A stretch of DNA of 64,000 bases from contig NC_058368.1 in NCBI RefSeq assembly GCF_018350175.1, positions 42,534,001-42,598,000 of the forward strand, in the 5' to 3' direction. The translations under genes were made by a program, and so were the position numbers. This DNA is from Felis catus (taxonomy: Eukaryota). The notes below the pieces were generated by a model. That model had not been told where the DNA came from. It made no database searches and was given only the letters and a program-made list of their open reading frames with translations. Of this stretch, positions 39,428-52,612 are shown one piece after another (the stretch's first letter is position 1; each line of letters starts with the position of its first letter).

Positions 39428-41838
39428 AGTGGAGTGGAGTTACTGGTTCATCCAAGCATTCAAGGAAAGCTAACATTTCTTAATTCTTAAATACTGGCAG
39501 CTAATTCAAATTTGAAACACTTACAATACCAAATAAATCTATGGGCTGCATTTAGACCTCAGGCAGAAACTCATGCCTTTGTACCCATAGCTGCTAAAAT
39601 CTAAAAATCAAAGAGTCACCCAATTCTCTGAAAGTACGTCCCTTGCAACTCAGAAAATTGAAAATAATGACAATAACAATAACAACAACAATAATAACTC
39701 TTTAAGGACAAATCAAAGAGAGAGAAATTTAGATCACTGTGGTTACCTTGTACAAACAGACCAAAAAACTGGAGCAGGGTTTGGGAGTACTAACAGTTAC
39801 CCACATTAAAGTTTTTTTTTTTTGCACCCCTCCCATATAACTGTTCTCGAATAAATAGAATTTGCAATTTGCTATATAAAAACAACCAGGAGAGGGAGTG
39901 GAGACTGGAGAATGATGCCACCTGAGAAGTATAGGCATTGAATAGACCTTCCAGTGAAAAACATTAAAGTGGAAAATGTAGGGGTGAATATCTTAGTCCC
40001 TTGAAACATACATCCTATAAGATCAGCAAATTATATATATTTTTTCCAGCCGCAAGCCTGATTCACAATATGGGGACTCATGGTGCATCTGTCAGTACTT
40101 AGCTCCATTTTCCCCTCTGAGGCTTCGCTGCAGGAGTTTCACAAGATGGAAAATTCACTTAGGCTACCTGCTCTGGATAAAAGTCTGGAATGGTGAACTC
40201 AAATCCCAAGAGCTTCTGGTACATACTTCAGTTCGACAGAGAAAAAATTTAACTGCACTTGAAAGAAAATGACCCTGGAAAATAGGTTAGCAAGGCAGCA
40301 GGAAGTATATGTCTCGGTATGTTTTGAATTTCGAATTCTAAGTACCCTTTATAGGCAGAAAATGCTGTTTTATGCCTCCAGCTATAAGACAAAAATAAAA
40401 CAGAACCCCACCACCCTCTTATCAAACCATAAACTTCCTCCAAAGAGGCTCGATCTGTAGAGTTGCATGCATGAATTATTTGTGCCTTTAAAAAAAATCA
40501 TTTTGTACAGAACCAAAAGCTAACTTTTCAACAACTTAGATGACAGGTATTCCTTGTCACATGAAACTATCCATTAAAGGGGACTAAAGGTTAACAGTCC
40601 ATATAATGTATAGATATTAAATTTTATAATTAATTTATTCATATTATTTTAGATTTTATGGTGGAAGAAAAAAATTAAAAGCATCTTTAATATCCCATAG
40701 ACCATATGGTCTACATGAAAAACATTGATTAACAGGATTATTTATTTGTGGGAAAATTAAATATCTCTTTCACACATACACATGCACACACTCCAAATAT
40801 ACATCCAACTTGTTCTTATGTACTTGTATATAAAATATTAATTTTAAAATAACACTGATTGCAGATAGTAGATGATACATATATACGTGCCTACATACAT
40901 ACATATATGGACGGTATGGAGGGAGGAAAGAAATTTATTATTTATTACAGTGGCCCTATGTACAGAAAGTCCAGCTATGAATGTCCCTTTTATTATGGAT
41001 TATAAACATTGTTCAAAATAAACTTATTTGTTCATTGAACTAATAGCTAAAGCTACATTCTTCAGGTAAGAGAAGGTCAGGTGAGCTGGATCTGTGTGTG
41101 TAATGCTGTAATCCCACAGCATTAAATACAAGGCTAATGTGTCCATCCTAGATTTCTTATTTCCATCTTCAACTGTTCTTGAATTTGTCTTGTGTTAATG
41201 TCAAATTGGTGTGTAGTAAGTTTCTATCAATTTGAAAACAAATTAAGCATCTTTCATGTCAGAAAAATACTTATTCATTGATTTTGATCTAAATAAAGCT
41301 AAATGCTATTTTATAAAGAGGCATTTCCGATGACTGAAACGTTGAGAAGTTTGCTTTTGAAACACTTTTGCATGATATATCCAGATATGGGCAGAAACAA
41401 ACATTCTTTGTTATTTGATTTAGTATGTCTTTAGTGATCCTCTGAACTTGGACAGTATGGTGCTTATGCCTGAGACATTTGTGGTATGCTTCAAAGAAAC
41501 TTGCTTTTTAATGATGAAAAATAATTGTTACTATTATAGAAAAGTAATTTTCACAACCCCAGAAATAAAGGGGGCTTGGTTGGTTTCTACCTACCAGAAC
41601 ACAAGATTCATTACAAATAAATCACCTTGATATGGTAAGCTCTCTGATCTGAACTTTACTATATAAATGATCCTAACTATCCATGAGAATACCTTTTGCA
41701 GGGCCTGGAACAAACAGGCTATAAAATGAAACACACACACACACACACCACATATGATATCCTATAGACTATATGATCTGCATGATAAAACATGAATTAA
41801 AAAAGCAAGAATACGTATTTGTAAGAAAATTAAATATC

Positions 41839-41842
<4 letters not shown>

Positions 41843-41884
<42 letters not shown>
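41843..41884. repeat. (AC)n microsatellite, about 21 units
   Basis: Directly visible. Confidence 0.97.
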
Positions 41885-41886
<2 letters not shown>

Positions 41887-43637
41887 ATGGTTGCTTCTGG
41901 TGAAGCCCAGCTTCCTGTTTCCACAACTATTTCCCCTAAGCCTTCACTTCACACTTGTTCGTGATACCACCCATGCCAATGACCCTCCCATTCAAAGCTC
42001 AGGGAGCATCCTAGATATGTGAAAAAGATCTCATAAATATAATTTCCCTTATCATAAGAGTGAATGGAAACTTAATTGTTGCTGCAGAGGGGTTATTTGT
42101 TCAAATTCATTCCAGATAGAATAAAGTACTTACTTCTATAACACTCAAAACTGACTTAAAAGTTATTCCTCCAGTCCCACATTTTAACTAATTATAAAGA
42201 GAAATATGATAATACTTACTTTAAAATGCCAGCACTAGATTTTAGAAATGCACAAATATATACACATAGAAACCATGTCTAATATTCAAACAACAGATCC
42301 ATGGTGTTCTAACAACAAAATCCAGGGAAACCATTTTTTTTTTTTTTATTTTTTAAACTGATTGGTTCATTCACAGCAAGAAGACATTTCCAGCTGATGT
42401 GTTTGATTGAGTTAGCTGGTAAGTTTTATTGCTCTCATGTAGACAATGAAACAAATGCCTAATGGGGGAAATTGCATGAAGTCTTGCTTGGAAGCAAAGT
42501 TGGCCTCTGGCTAGTGAGTGAGTCCAGCTGAGAAAACTACTTTCACTCCCCTATAAGGTCTAAAATGTAAAGCAGGAAAGAAAGACAGAAGATGGATATT
42601 TCATTAAGATGGATGAACTCAAAAAGAGCGGCGATGCAGAGAAAGTTAATAAGGGAAGTAGGGAATAAGCAGTGTTGCAATTATTACCAGCCTCCAGCAA
42701 ATTGCTCAGGGTCCCGTAAATCTTTTCAGGTTCAATCCCCCATGTTTAACCAGATGATCTGCCTAGATCTTTGCACATACATCTTGCCCCACTCTCGTCA
42801 TTTATTTCCTCTTCAATGAAAAGGCACTTTCCGTTCAACGTTAAAGTTTTTGACTAAAATCATTCTACTATCAAAGCACAATTGTTAAAGTGTCTCTTGA
42901 ATGGTTCCCAGAAATAAAAACAAAACGCAAAAATAGAAGTCTCTATTAGGACTGAAAACGTATTTAGAGATGTTTCAACTGACAGTGCTACCTGGCTTCA
43001 CTTATTCCTGCACCACTAATATTTTTAGACTAAGCAAAAATGAATATATACCTATAAGACAACATTAAGAAAAAAGAGATTATTTTTACTCTTTATCTGG
43101 CTTTGTCTATTCCACTGCAAACCTGGTTCATTTGTGGGACTTCTCTTTTTTTGCACTGACAGGCATTCCCTTTTTTAAGAGCGTGTGAGGAATATTTTTT
43201 TTCTACCCTCGTAAGATCTTATTCCTGTGATCTTATTACCAAAAAAATTTAAAGAAAAATATGCTACACCAATTTGCTATTGGAAAGAGAGTGCAATTAT
43301 TGAGCTATCTTTGGTACTAACTGTAATTTCTCACAGCCATAATATCTCCATTTCTAAAAATGGGAGCAAGAGTCAAACATTCATAATAGGTCGGTATTGG
43401 AATTAAAGTATCTTATTGTTAATATGGAATATTGTGTCCAGTCCATAGTAAGCATTCGGTTAAGTACCTTTATCATTGATGTATTATTTTATGATTGCTT
43501 TGAATTGTTATGACTTATCACTCGTAAGTCATAAAAGTTTCAGGTATTGAAACTACTTGCAAAATTTAGACTTGCTTTTTTAAATGAAAATTCTGAGTAT
43601 CTACTGTGTTTTGTTACTAAACAATTAACACTTTCTA

Positions 43638-43900
43638 TTTTTTTTAGGTTTATTTATTCTCAGAAAGAGTGCATGAGTGAGGGCTTACATGATCAGGGGA
43701 GGGGCAGAGAGAGGGAGAGAGAGAGAGAGGGAATCCTAAAGAGGCTTCAGGCTGGGAGTGCAGAGTCCCATGCAGGGCTCAGTCTCACAAACCATGAATG
43801 AAATCACAACCTGGGCTCAATCTCACAAACTGTGCCTGAAATCACGACTTGAGCCAATATCAAGAGTCAGATTCTTAACCGACTGAGCCACCCAGGTGCC
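43638..43900 (-). mobile_element. Can-SINE with internal 38-bp tandem duplication
   Basis: Reverse head CCGACTGAGCCACCCAGGTGCC; duplicated segment 43775-43850. Confidence 0.9.
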
Positions 43901-43924
43901 TTTCTGTCTTTAAATAAAATCTTC

Positions 43925-44720
43925 TGCCACCTGTCACCTCTCCGAACTTCTATATTTTCTCCACCACTTAGACTCTAACTTTTTAAAGAAAGAAATATCT
44001 CCATTCAATCCAGTTTTGTCACCACCACTTGCTGCTCAATTGCCTGACTGCCATCTGGATTCTACACCTTGCTGAAATTTCTCACAGCAGTCCTTTCACC
44101 AAATCCAGTTGATTTCCCAGTCTTTACCTTATTTAGTATATTGACAGCATTTGACACCTTGACCCTCTCTCATTGATCTTGGGCCCTTCCTCCTCCCGCC
44201 CCATACCTCTGTCCAACTTTGAAAATATAACTCCACAATCTCGTTTCTGTGTATAACCTTAAATATTGGGTGTTATCCCCTATGTTGATGTTTCCTCCCT
44301 TTGTCCTCTTCTCTCTTATAACTTCTTGTAGAGCAAGATTTCAACTACTGTTTGTTACCATTTACCACTGATGGTCTTCAAACCTCAGCCCTCAGACAGG
44401 AAAACATATGTTACTACACCAGGCCTCTCAACTTGGATATGTCTCAGATGTCTCAACCCCAAGATGTCTAAAACTGAACCCATGATATTTAACCTCCACT
44501 CCTAAAACCAGTCTTCTTCATGTTTTCCGTAGTTCACTCAATGGAAGCAATACTCACCCAATGCCAAAGCCACGCCTGGAACTCATCCTCCCATCATCTT
44601 TCTCAAACACAATATAAATCAGGTATCAAATGCTGTCAACTCTAAATATCTCTCAAGCCTTCTTTTTCTTTTTATTTCGCTGCTACTCTCTTAATCCATG
44701 CGATATTATTTCCTCAATTC
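43925..44720 (+). mobile_element. L2 LINE fragment
   Basis: CCAAATCCAGT...ACAGCATTTGACACC...TTGGATATGTCTCAGATGTCTCAA...TGTCTAAAACTGAAC. Confidence 0.75.
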
Positions 44721-44792
44721 TTACTGCTGCCAATTCCCATATTACCTCTCTGTACACTGAAGGAGATCTTGTTACGATCACCCAGATAGGGG

Positions 44793-44873
44793 CAAAATCT
44801 ATCGTAGAAGTTAAAGGCAAGGCTAAAATGGATTCCATTTTAGCCTTGCCTTTAACTTCTACGATAGATTTTG
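44793..44873. repeat. Perfect inverted repeat, 40-bp arms with a 1-nt spacer
   Basis: CAAAATCTATCGTAGAAGTTAAAGGCAAGGCTAAAATGGA-T-TCCATTTTAGCCTTGCCTTTAACTTCTACGATAGATTTTG. Confidence 0.97.
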
Positions 44874-44995
44874 TACACTCTTGGGAAAATGGCTTCTTTC
44901 TTTATGTCTTAATCTCTTCAGATGTAAAATGAGGACAGTAAATCTTATATGGGGAGGATTAAATGATATACGTGGCATACAATAACTGTTTATTC
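44828..44995 (+). mobile_element. MIR fragment
   Basis: CTTGGGAAAATGG...TCTCTTCAGATGTAAAATGAGGACAGTA...GAGGATTAAATGA. Confidence 0.6.
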
Positions 44996-47864
44996 TAATA
45001 TTCAGTAACTGTTCCTTATCATTGTTTTGTCTACATTTGATTATGCCAATCTTCATATTAAACACTTTTGATGCGTTTCCTCTATAATTTAATATCTACA
45101 TTTTCTAACTTAGTTTATAATTGGACTTTTCATAACTCTAGCCTTGAATACTCTACCCTGAACTTTCAGTCTGAAATTGTTACTGTATGCAGTCGCCTTT
45201 TTTTTCCAGCTCCTCTAAGTGCCAGTCTCATTCAGTCTGGGTCTCTTCACATGCAGTTGTATTTTTCTGAATCATCCGCCCCTCTGCCTTTGCCAGTTAA
45301 GTCCTACTAGAGTTAGATCTTTAAAATGTCATCTTAAACATGTTAATAATAGGTAACATTTGCTGCATGCTTATTTTATGCTAGATACTAAAGATATATA
45401 TAAATAATTTCATTTTTTAAATTCCTCAAAATAGTCCCATGATGGAGAAAGACTTTCCTGAGCTCCGAAAGAGTAAAAATCGATTACACTGGCTATAAAA
45501 CGCTTTGGTACTCTATACTGACCACAAACAGCACAATGCAAAGTCTTACTTAATTTTCTTTCCAGTTCTACTATGAAGTCCATGAGAACAGAGACTTTAA
45601 ATATAAGGTTGTACAGTTATGCCCATATCCCCAGTTAAACACAGTTGTGGTATACAGTAATGCACAATAAACATTGTTGAGCTCTGAAGACATAAGGGAA
45701 TGCATTACTACATCCCAGGTATTGTATTGAGTTTGCGTTCTTTACTATGAGTGAGGTAGTAAAATCCCTATTCTACAGAAAAGAAAACAGAGGTTCAGAG
45801 AACACCTACTTATTATGCCCATAGTAACTGTCAAGGCCAGCACTCACCTAGATTTTCAGACACAAAAGTCCAGGTAGAAATTTTTTTTCTTTATTTAAAA
45901 ATCTTCATTAGTAGTCCTTTTAAGGGGATCACTGGGGCTTAATGCAGTGTCTGTGATAGATTCATGGCAATCTATTCAGAGGCCGCCCAACAAAGCCTGT
46001 TCAGGACACAGCTGAACCATGAAGTGGGTTGTTAACATAACTATAGGTCACATCAAAACTACAGGGACTACATCCTAACAAACCAGGTTAAGCAAAAACA
46101 GATTTCTAGTGTTAAATGCTGTTTATTTAATTTATAATAATTATAATAATTACTGGTATTAAATCTAGTTTTTATGCTTGTCATACTCTATTAGAATTAA
46201 AGCTAAAAATACCAGAAGTCATTTTGAGGTCATCATTTATGAAGCAAATATTTCATAGATCTTCTTTAACCAAGAGTTGTTATTTTGGAGAAAAATGATA
46301 AAAATTAAGCTAAGCTACATTTCTTCTCGGTTTCTTAGATGTGCTCTCATTACTTCTCTTGGGAATCTGTTTCTATCATCTTTTTTAAAACCTATTTCAA
46401 AGTCAAGGTTAAGGGGAAGGGAAAAGAGAAATAGAACAGGAAAGCAAATATTGATTGCAATACAGACTTAAAACTATGGCTTGCTAAGAAATCCATGGTC
46501 TATATTTCAGTCACCCCAAGAAAACTCCAAACTAAAATGTAGGTATCGGTGCATGTGTTTATGGTCAGTTAGACACCTAGAATAGAATTTCTTTTACATT
46601 TCCAAACTACCAGTTGCTACTATTTCTTTGAAATTCTTTCTACAAAACTTGACTGCTTGGAAGGTTAGATGAAATAGCTAATGAATATTTGATTTAAGTA
46701 TGATATATTGAGATGCTTTTTAACAATCTATAATATTTCCTAGAAGATCAGTTTCATCTCTTACCTACAGATGCTTTCTGCTTTATTATTCATCATGGAA
46801 AATGGAAGAATGGACAGGCTGTGGAGTGTGAAGCTTCCAAATTTTAAGTCACAACTACAATCTGTATACTACTTTTCAGGAATTTTTTTTACAGTTATGC
46901 CATTTTATAAGTATTATGATTCAAAGCTTTTATTACCTCCAAATCTGCCAGTGAAGCTCACTATGGAGCTCACTGTTGGATTCCGCATGGCTTGCTGCTA
47001 TTATTACAGGATGCCTTCAACTCCAAGAGTAACTTGTATTAAATCAACCCATCACATTATTTATGTCTTCAAGTTTCCTAATTCACTTTTTGTTATTGAT
47101 TTTTGGATTTTGCTTTTGACCTATAAGACTCTGAATGGCCTATGCACATTTAAAATAACTATTCAGAATTCCCTCGTTGGTCTTCAGGAGCAGGGCCGAC
47201 TCAGTGAGCTGCTCCGAGGTCTTGTGTCATTATGATCACCCCCTAGGCTTTTCTATCTATTCCTCCTTCTACCTTCAGAATTAATAGATTGAGAAGATTA
47301 GGTCAATTGGCATTTCTAAGGCAAGTCTGAATTAATTTTCTTTGGCTTGTCTTGTTGAATTTCACACTCCCTGAACATTTCTCACTGATAAGCAGATTAT
47401 GATGCTGGCTCATGTTCAGGGATAGCAACTCCAAATGTGTTTACAGAGTTGTATTGTTACCTTTTAGTACCATCAACTGCAATAAGCATTATCGTTTATA
47501 AAGTTAAAGCTCTTCATTTTAAATTTGTGTCAAGAGGCTAATATAACTGTGATTTTAATTACTAAAAATCAATTTCAAATTAATGTGAAATTTAACCGTG
47601 GGAGATGTGTAGGAACCCAGAGACAATCAGCTTGGCCTTTACCTTAGGTGTTGTCCTCTGTAAAAGACATTAGCATAATGCTTGTTTTCTAGATCAGTGG
47701 CTTTCAAACTAGGGTCTATGAAAAGCTTAAGTCAAAGAGGAGTTCCTGGGGATTTATTATTGAAATTTAAGTCATGGTAAATCAAACTTACAAATAGTAC
47801 AAATAATTTTTTTTTCAACTTCCTACTTAAAGTAGCTGCATAGAGAGAATAATCATAAAAAGCC

Positions 47865-48300
47865 ACTGGTTTCAGTGTTTAAGAAACCACTGGTGTCATT
47901 AAGCAGAGCAATTTCAGGAGAGTTGTAGAGGAAATTCATATTGCAAGAGGTTTGAGAGAGAATAGGAAATGGGAGAAAAAGGATACAGACCCTTTTCAAA
48001 GTCAGTTTATAAAATGAATGTGAAAACAACTGGAAAGCATTGGAGGTTAAGACAATTTTTTTTAATTTGTTAAGATGGGACAGCATTTGAATCTTCATAG
48101 GTAATAGTGTAACTGTGGTGGTATAAACATTCCATATGAAAATCCTAAAAATGGTGGGAATAACCATGTATGCCAGGTGTAAAATCAGAATAATGTGGGT
48201 TAATCTTGGAGACATGGAGGGACACTGAAGTTTAGCTGTTGCTTTTAAAGTCATCAAAGGGAAGTGAATGAAAATACAGGACATGAGAAAACTACAACAA
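47865..48300 (-). mobile_element. L2 fragment (reverse)
   Basis: CACTGGTGTCATTAAGCAGAGCAATTTCAGGAGAG...ATTGCAAGAGGTTTGAG, reverse L2 pattern. Confidence 0.55.
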
Positions 48301-48319
48301 GACAGGTTCTGGAACCATT

Positions 48320-48950
48320 CATCTCAAGGGCACCACCTCTCTTCCAATGGTCCATTCTATCTTTTACTGCATTTATGCACCCTTAGCAGAATTTTACCAG
48401 TTAATCACCCCCCTTTCCAGACACACTCTCTTTACTTGGTTCAAGGACAGTGCCCTGAGACATACTCACATGCAGGACGAGGGGAGCCACCAAAGTAAAC
48501 AGAGAGTAAGATGAGGGGCAAATTGAGGACAGTGGTGTCCTAGAAACCAAGTAAAGACAGTGTGTCTTGAAAAGGGGGTGATTAAGTGGTAAAATTCTGC
48601 TAAGGGTGAATGAACGCATTAAAAGACAGAATGGACCGTTCTCCCACATGCTACCTAGATTTCAGGGCATCAAACTATACAACGATGATTCTCAACATAC
48701 ATCTCCAGATACAACCTCCCTCCCTCTCAGGACTCGTTAATTACACTACCTCCCTGATGATTCTACTTAGATGTCAAATAGGCATCTTAAACTTCTTCTA
48801 ACTAAAACAGGACTCTTAGTTTCCATCCTAAATCTACTCCAGCCCTAGGATCCTTCATTCAGGCCCAAAACCAAGGAATCAAGAGGTTAGACACAAATCA
48901 TCTTTTTCTTTCAACCTCTATATTTAATCTGTTACTATGTCATATTAGCA
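48320..48950 (+). mobile_element. L2 fragment with internal inversion-duplication
   Basis: TCCAATGGTCCATTC...CTTGGTTCAAGGACA, then an inverted segment, then GATGATTCTCAACATACATCTCCAG...TTAGATGTCAAATAGGCATCTTAAACT. Confidence 0.7.
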
Positions 48951-50842
48951 GCATGTTTGGTAGGTGCCATGGCAAGATCTAAATTCTAAAATTACTCTCC
49001 TTTTAAATATCTTGAAAAAGGAAAATGAACAAAAATAATGCCTCTATTTCCTCAGTGCAGCTTTCTTAGCTAGATGTTGAGATGAGTTAATTGGATTTAA
49101 TGAATTTATCTACAGATTAGAATGATCACTACAACTACTGTTACTACTACTATAGCCGATATCATTGATAATAAAAATAATAATTACTATGTATTTAGTG
49201 CTAACTCATTAAATCCATTTGAACCTTACCGCAATGCATTTCAGAAAGTATCAGAGGGGCTAAAATTTTGCTTAAAACCAGAAAGCAAGCAATTGCCAGG
49301 AATGAAATTCAGTTCAGTTCTATTGACTCTTAAGCCTGGATTCCTAATTACTAAGAAAAAAATACAAAGTTAGCATGTCAGGTGGAATTTGGGGCAGTGT
49401 AGGTAAATACATTTTTGAAAAAGCTTGCTATGAACTAGATTCCTTACAAGTTCCTGTATCCACAGCCTGTTTTCTCCTCCTCTTCCTCCTTCTTCTTTTT
49501 AGAATCCAAACATCACTCCGAATTATCTTAGTTTCTATTTTTATTATGTTTCTCTTAAGTCTTTGGGATATTGTTAAAACAAAGCGCTTCAGAGGATAAA
49601 GACAATCATTTTTAGTTACAAAATGTCCCATACATTATGTATTTTATTTTCCAAAAGCCAGAAAGAAAAAAAGGAAAAAAAAATCCTGACTGATGTTTGA
49701 GATAAAAGAAAAATGGTTTAAGCAGTTTGACTGGTTTTAACCTTTATAACAAAAGGTTATTACATTTTGAAATAATAATTTGAGTACAGATATAAAATAA
49801 CAACACTGTTTAAGTGATTAAAATTAAGATCTAATATACAGATTTGCAGCATCTTTTCATGTATATTTTCAAATCATTCTATGACGTATTGATAATTTTC
49901 TTACTTAAATACATGGTGTTAGTAAGTGCCCCAGTGGTGTATTTGTCTTCTCCTAAAATAGCTAGTAATTTGTATGTGTCACTAAATTTTCTATGTCTCA
50001 TGATCAGGTAAAAATACAACAGTGTCTCTTTCTTTAGTTAGTACTTCACAACAACCTGATCAGTAGAAATGCATGATAAAGTTTCCTTCAGGTGCTTGGT
50101 GTCTGAACATGCTATTAAATGACACAGGGAACAAGCTGGAAATAAAAGTCACACAGCTTCTTTAAGAACAAAAAATATGAAGATGAAAGTTATAATGAAA
50201 AAAGGTCCTTTTCATGCAATGGATTCTATGCTAATTCTAAACAAATTATGCCTTTTGTCCATGTGATAATCTAATTTGATCGCCATTATGCCTCTGAATT
50301 TCTGGAGGTACAGGATTTTAAAACTAAGGTATGGGGAGGGTGAGGGATGATCATAAGTTTTAAATGACAACTCTTCCCTATATAATTCATGTATTGCGTT
50401 ATCAGAGAAAGTAATTTTATTATCTTGGCAAATAAAACCACGAATTCTAGAAATAGTTTTTCACCATTTTCCATTCATTTAGAGTGACCTTTCCAGACCC
50501 CTCAAAAGGTGATTCACCTTTCAAACCTCATGCTAATGAATTTCTTTTTGGTCTTCTCAGTTGACTGCAATAACTCTTGCACAGAATGTCCATATGACAT
50601 AATCAAGATTTCCCTCATGGCACTGTCATATACAACCTTCTACTATAATTACTTGCCCAATCATCTTCCCTCTTATACCTACCAATGTACTCGAAGGCAG
50701 TGAGTTAATGCTATACTAATTTCTTGATCCATTAGAAAGAATGTCAGTTAAAATTCATTTTTTACAAAGAATGCAACAAGTATCAGGCACTTAAAAATGC
50801 ACAATAAGAAAATAGATCTCATGTTAAGTGTTCTTACCATAA

Positions 50843-50845
<3 letters not shown>

Positions 50846-50876
<31 letters not shown>
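50846..50876. repeat. (AC)n microsatellite in a short old L1M 3' fragment
   Basis: Directly visible; preceded by AATAGATCTCATGTTAAGTGTTCTTACCA. Confidence 0.9.
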
Positions 50877-50880
<4 letters not shown>

Positions 50881-50946
50881 AGGAAACATTGCCACCACCA
50901 AGGACAATTTATGCAGCATTTTCTTTAACAATATTTGTACAATATT

Positions 50947-51140
50947 GGGGCGCCTAGGTAGCTCAGTCAGTTGGGCGGCTGACTTCAGCTCGGGTCATGA
51001 TTTCACCACTCCTGAGTTTGAGCCCCTCATCAGGCTCTGTGCTGACAGTTCAGAGCCTGGAGCTTGCTTCAGATTCTGTGTCTCCCTGTATCTCTGACCC
51101 ACTCCTGCTCGTGCTCTCTCTCAAAAATAAACATTAAAAA
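50947..51140 (+). mobile_element. Can-SINE
   Basis: GGGGCGCCTAGGTAGCTCAG head; flanks AATATTTGTACAATAT / AATATTTCTACAATAT. Confidence 0.95.
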
Positions 51141-52457
51141 AATATTTCTACAATATATATTTCTATTCTCATTGCCTAATTTTGGGTATTCTATTTATTT
51201 AGTGGTGAATAGTGAAAATCTATCTCCAACCCTATATTAGTAACATAAAATAACTTAAAAGTTAAATTGTCTACTTTGCACAGAATTAAATAAAATACAT
51301 TAATATTTAGCTAGTGTTATAATTAGTAGCTACTTATAATTAAGCTTCTCAAAATATAAAACTGTGTATTACTTTATGTAATATATATAATAGATTTTTT
51401 AAGAATTTCATGACATTCTGAAAATGTCTGTGCAATTGTATATTGTATTCTGAGAATCCAATGTATCTCTGATTTCTAGTTGAAGATATATGGCCCAGGA
51501 AGAAGTAAACTGGTTAAATTAAAAAGAAATGTTTATTAAATGCATTATACTTTATAATTAATGATAAGGCCTTTGATAAACAATTTAAAATGGTATTCTT
51601 TCCCAAATTGTTTTCAGAGATGAAAAGTAGTTGAACGTATAGATGACCAAACTAAAAAAAAAAATTAGATAAAATGGCAGAACAAAGTATTACTCAATTA
51701 AATTACATAAGATGGCTAAAATTAGAACCAAGAGAAGAGGATAAATACAGGTTAAAAGTTCACATGTTTGGCATGAGGGGACAGATGTGATGATGAATCA
51801 GGATTATAGTTGTCTGTGTGAAATATACTAATATATAAATATGTAACATGTGTACAAGTAATTGCAATATATGAAATAAGTATACATTAAAACACTGTAC
51901 TTCATCATAGAAATCTTTACATATGAGCTTAACAAGCTGCAGTTAATAAAGCAAAATCAGTCACTTGAAATATTTAATTTGCTCACATATTTAATCTGCT
52001 ATTAAGGCTTTCAAAGACCTGACACTGAGACCATAGATCTCAAACCTTCTGAAAAAAACTCCTTAGTATCATGGGGACACTCTACCACTGATACTCTTCA
52101 ACTAGTTGGAAATATTTTTAATAAGCACTTAAGAGTTTTCAAAAGCTAAAACTTGTTCTGGTGTATAAACACATAAGGTACCAATAAACATGAAATGATC
52201 TGTTGTTGGAATGAATTATACTTCACACGCTTGAATCCTAAGAGCATATACCCAACAATATGGATCCTGATGGATAAGTATAATGTTAAAATAATTTATG
52301 TGGACTGAACCTTTGAGTATGTCGAGGAACAGTGAAGTTAAAAATTCATGTCTTGATGGTTTTATATAATAGATAAGTATAATTTGATTTCAGGCATCAA
52401 AAATTTACACAGGATTGGGAAATATCCACTGTAATATAATGTATACACTAAAATATT

Positions 52458-52612
52458 ACTTTGCAAACTTTAATATTCATTCAGATCACTTGGAAATCCT
52501 GCTGAAATGCAGACTCTGGTTCAGTAGGAATGGGGATTCTGCATTTCAAACAAGCTCTAAGGTAATGCAGATGTTTCTGGTTCATGGGTGGACTGCATTT
52601 TTAGTAGCAAGA
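52458..52612. mobile_element. MER5-family hAT-Charlie MITE
   Basis: CAGATCACTTGGAAATCCTGCTGAAATGCAGACTCTGGTTCAGTAGG...ATTCTGCATTTCAAACAAGCTC. Confidence 0.8.

Noticed and set aside
1888..45760. Several TGAGGTAG let-7-like 5' ends
   Set aside because: None continues into a let-7 mature sequence or a visible hairpin
46771..47235. 154-aa ORF
   Set aside because: No recognisable domain; composition typical of AT-rich non-coding DNA
47853..48284. 143-aa minus-strand ORF
   Set aside because: Lies in degenerate L2 sequence; no recognisable protein
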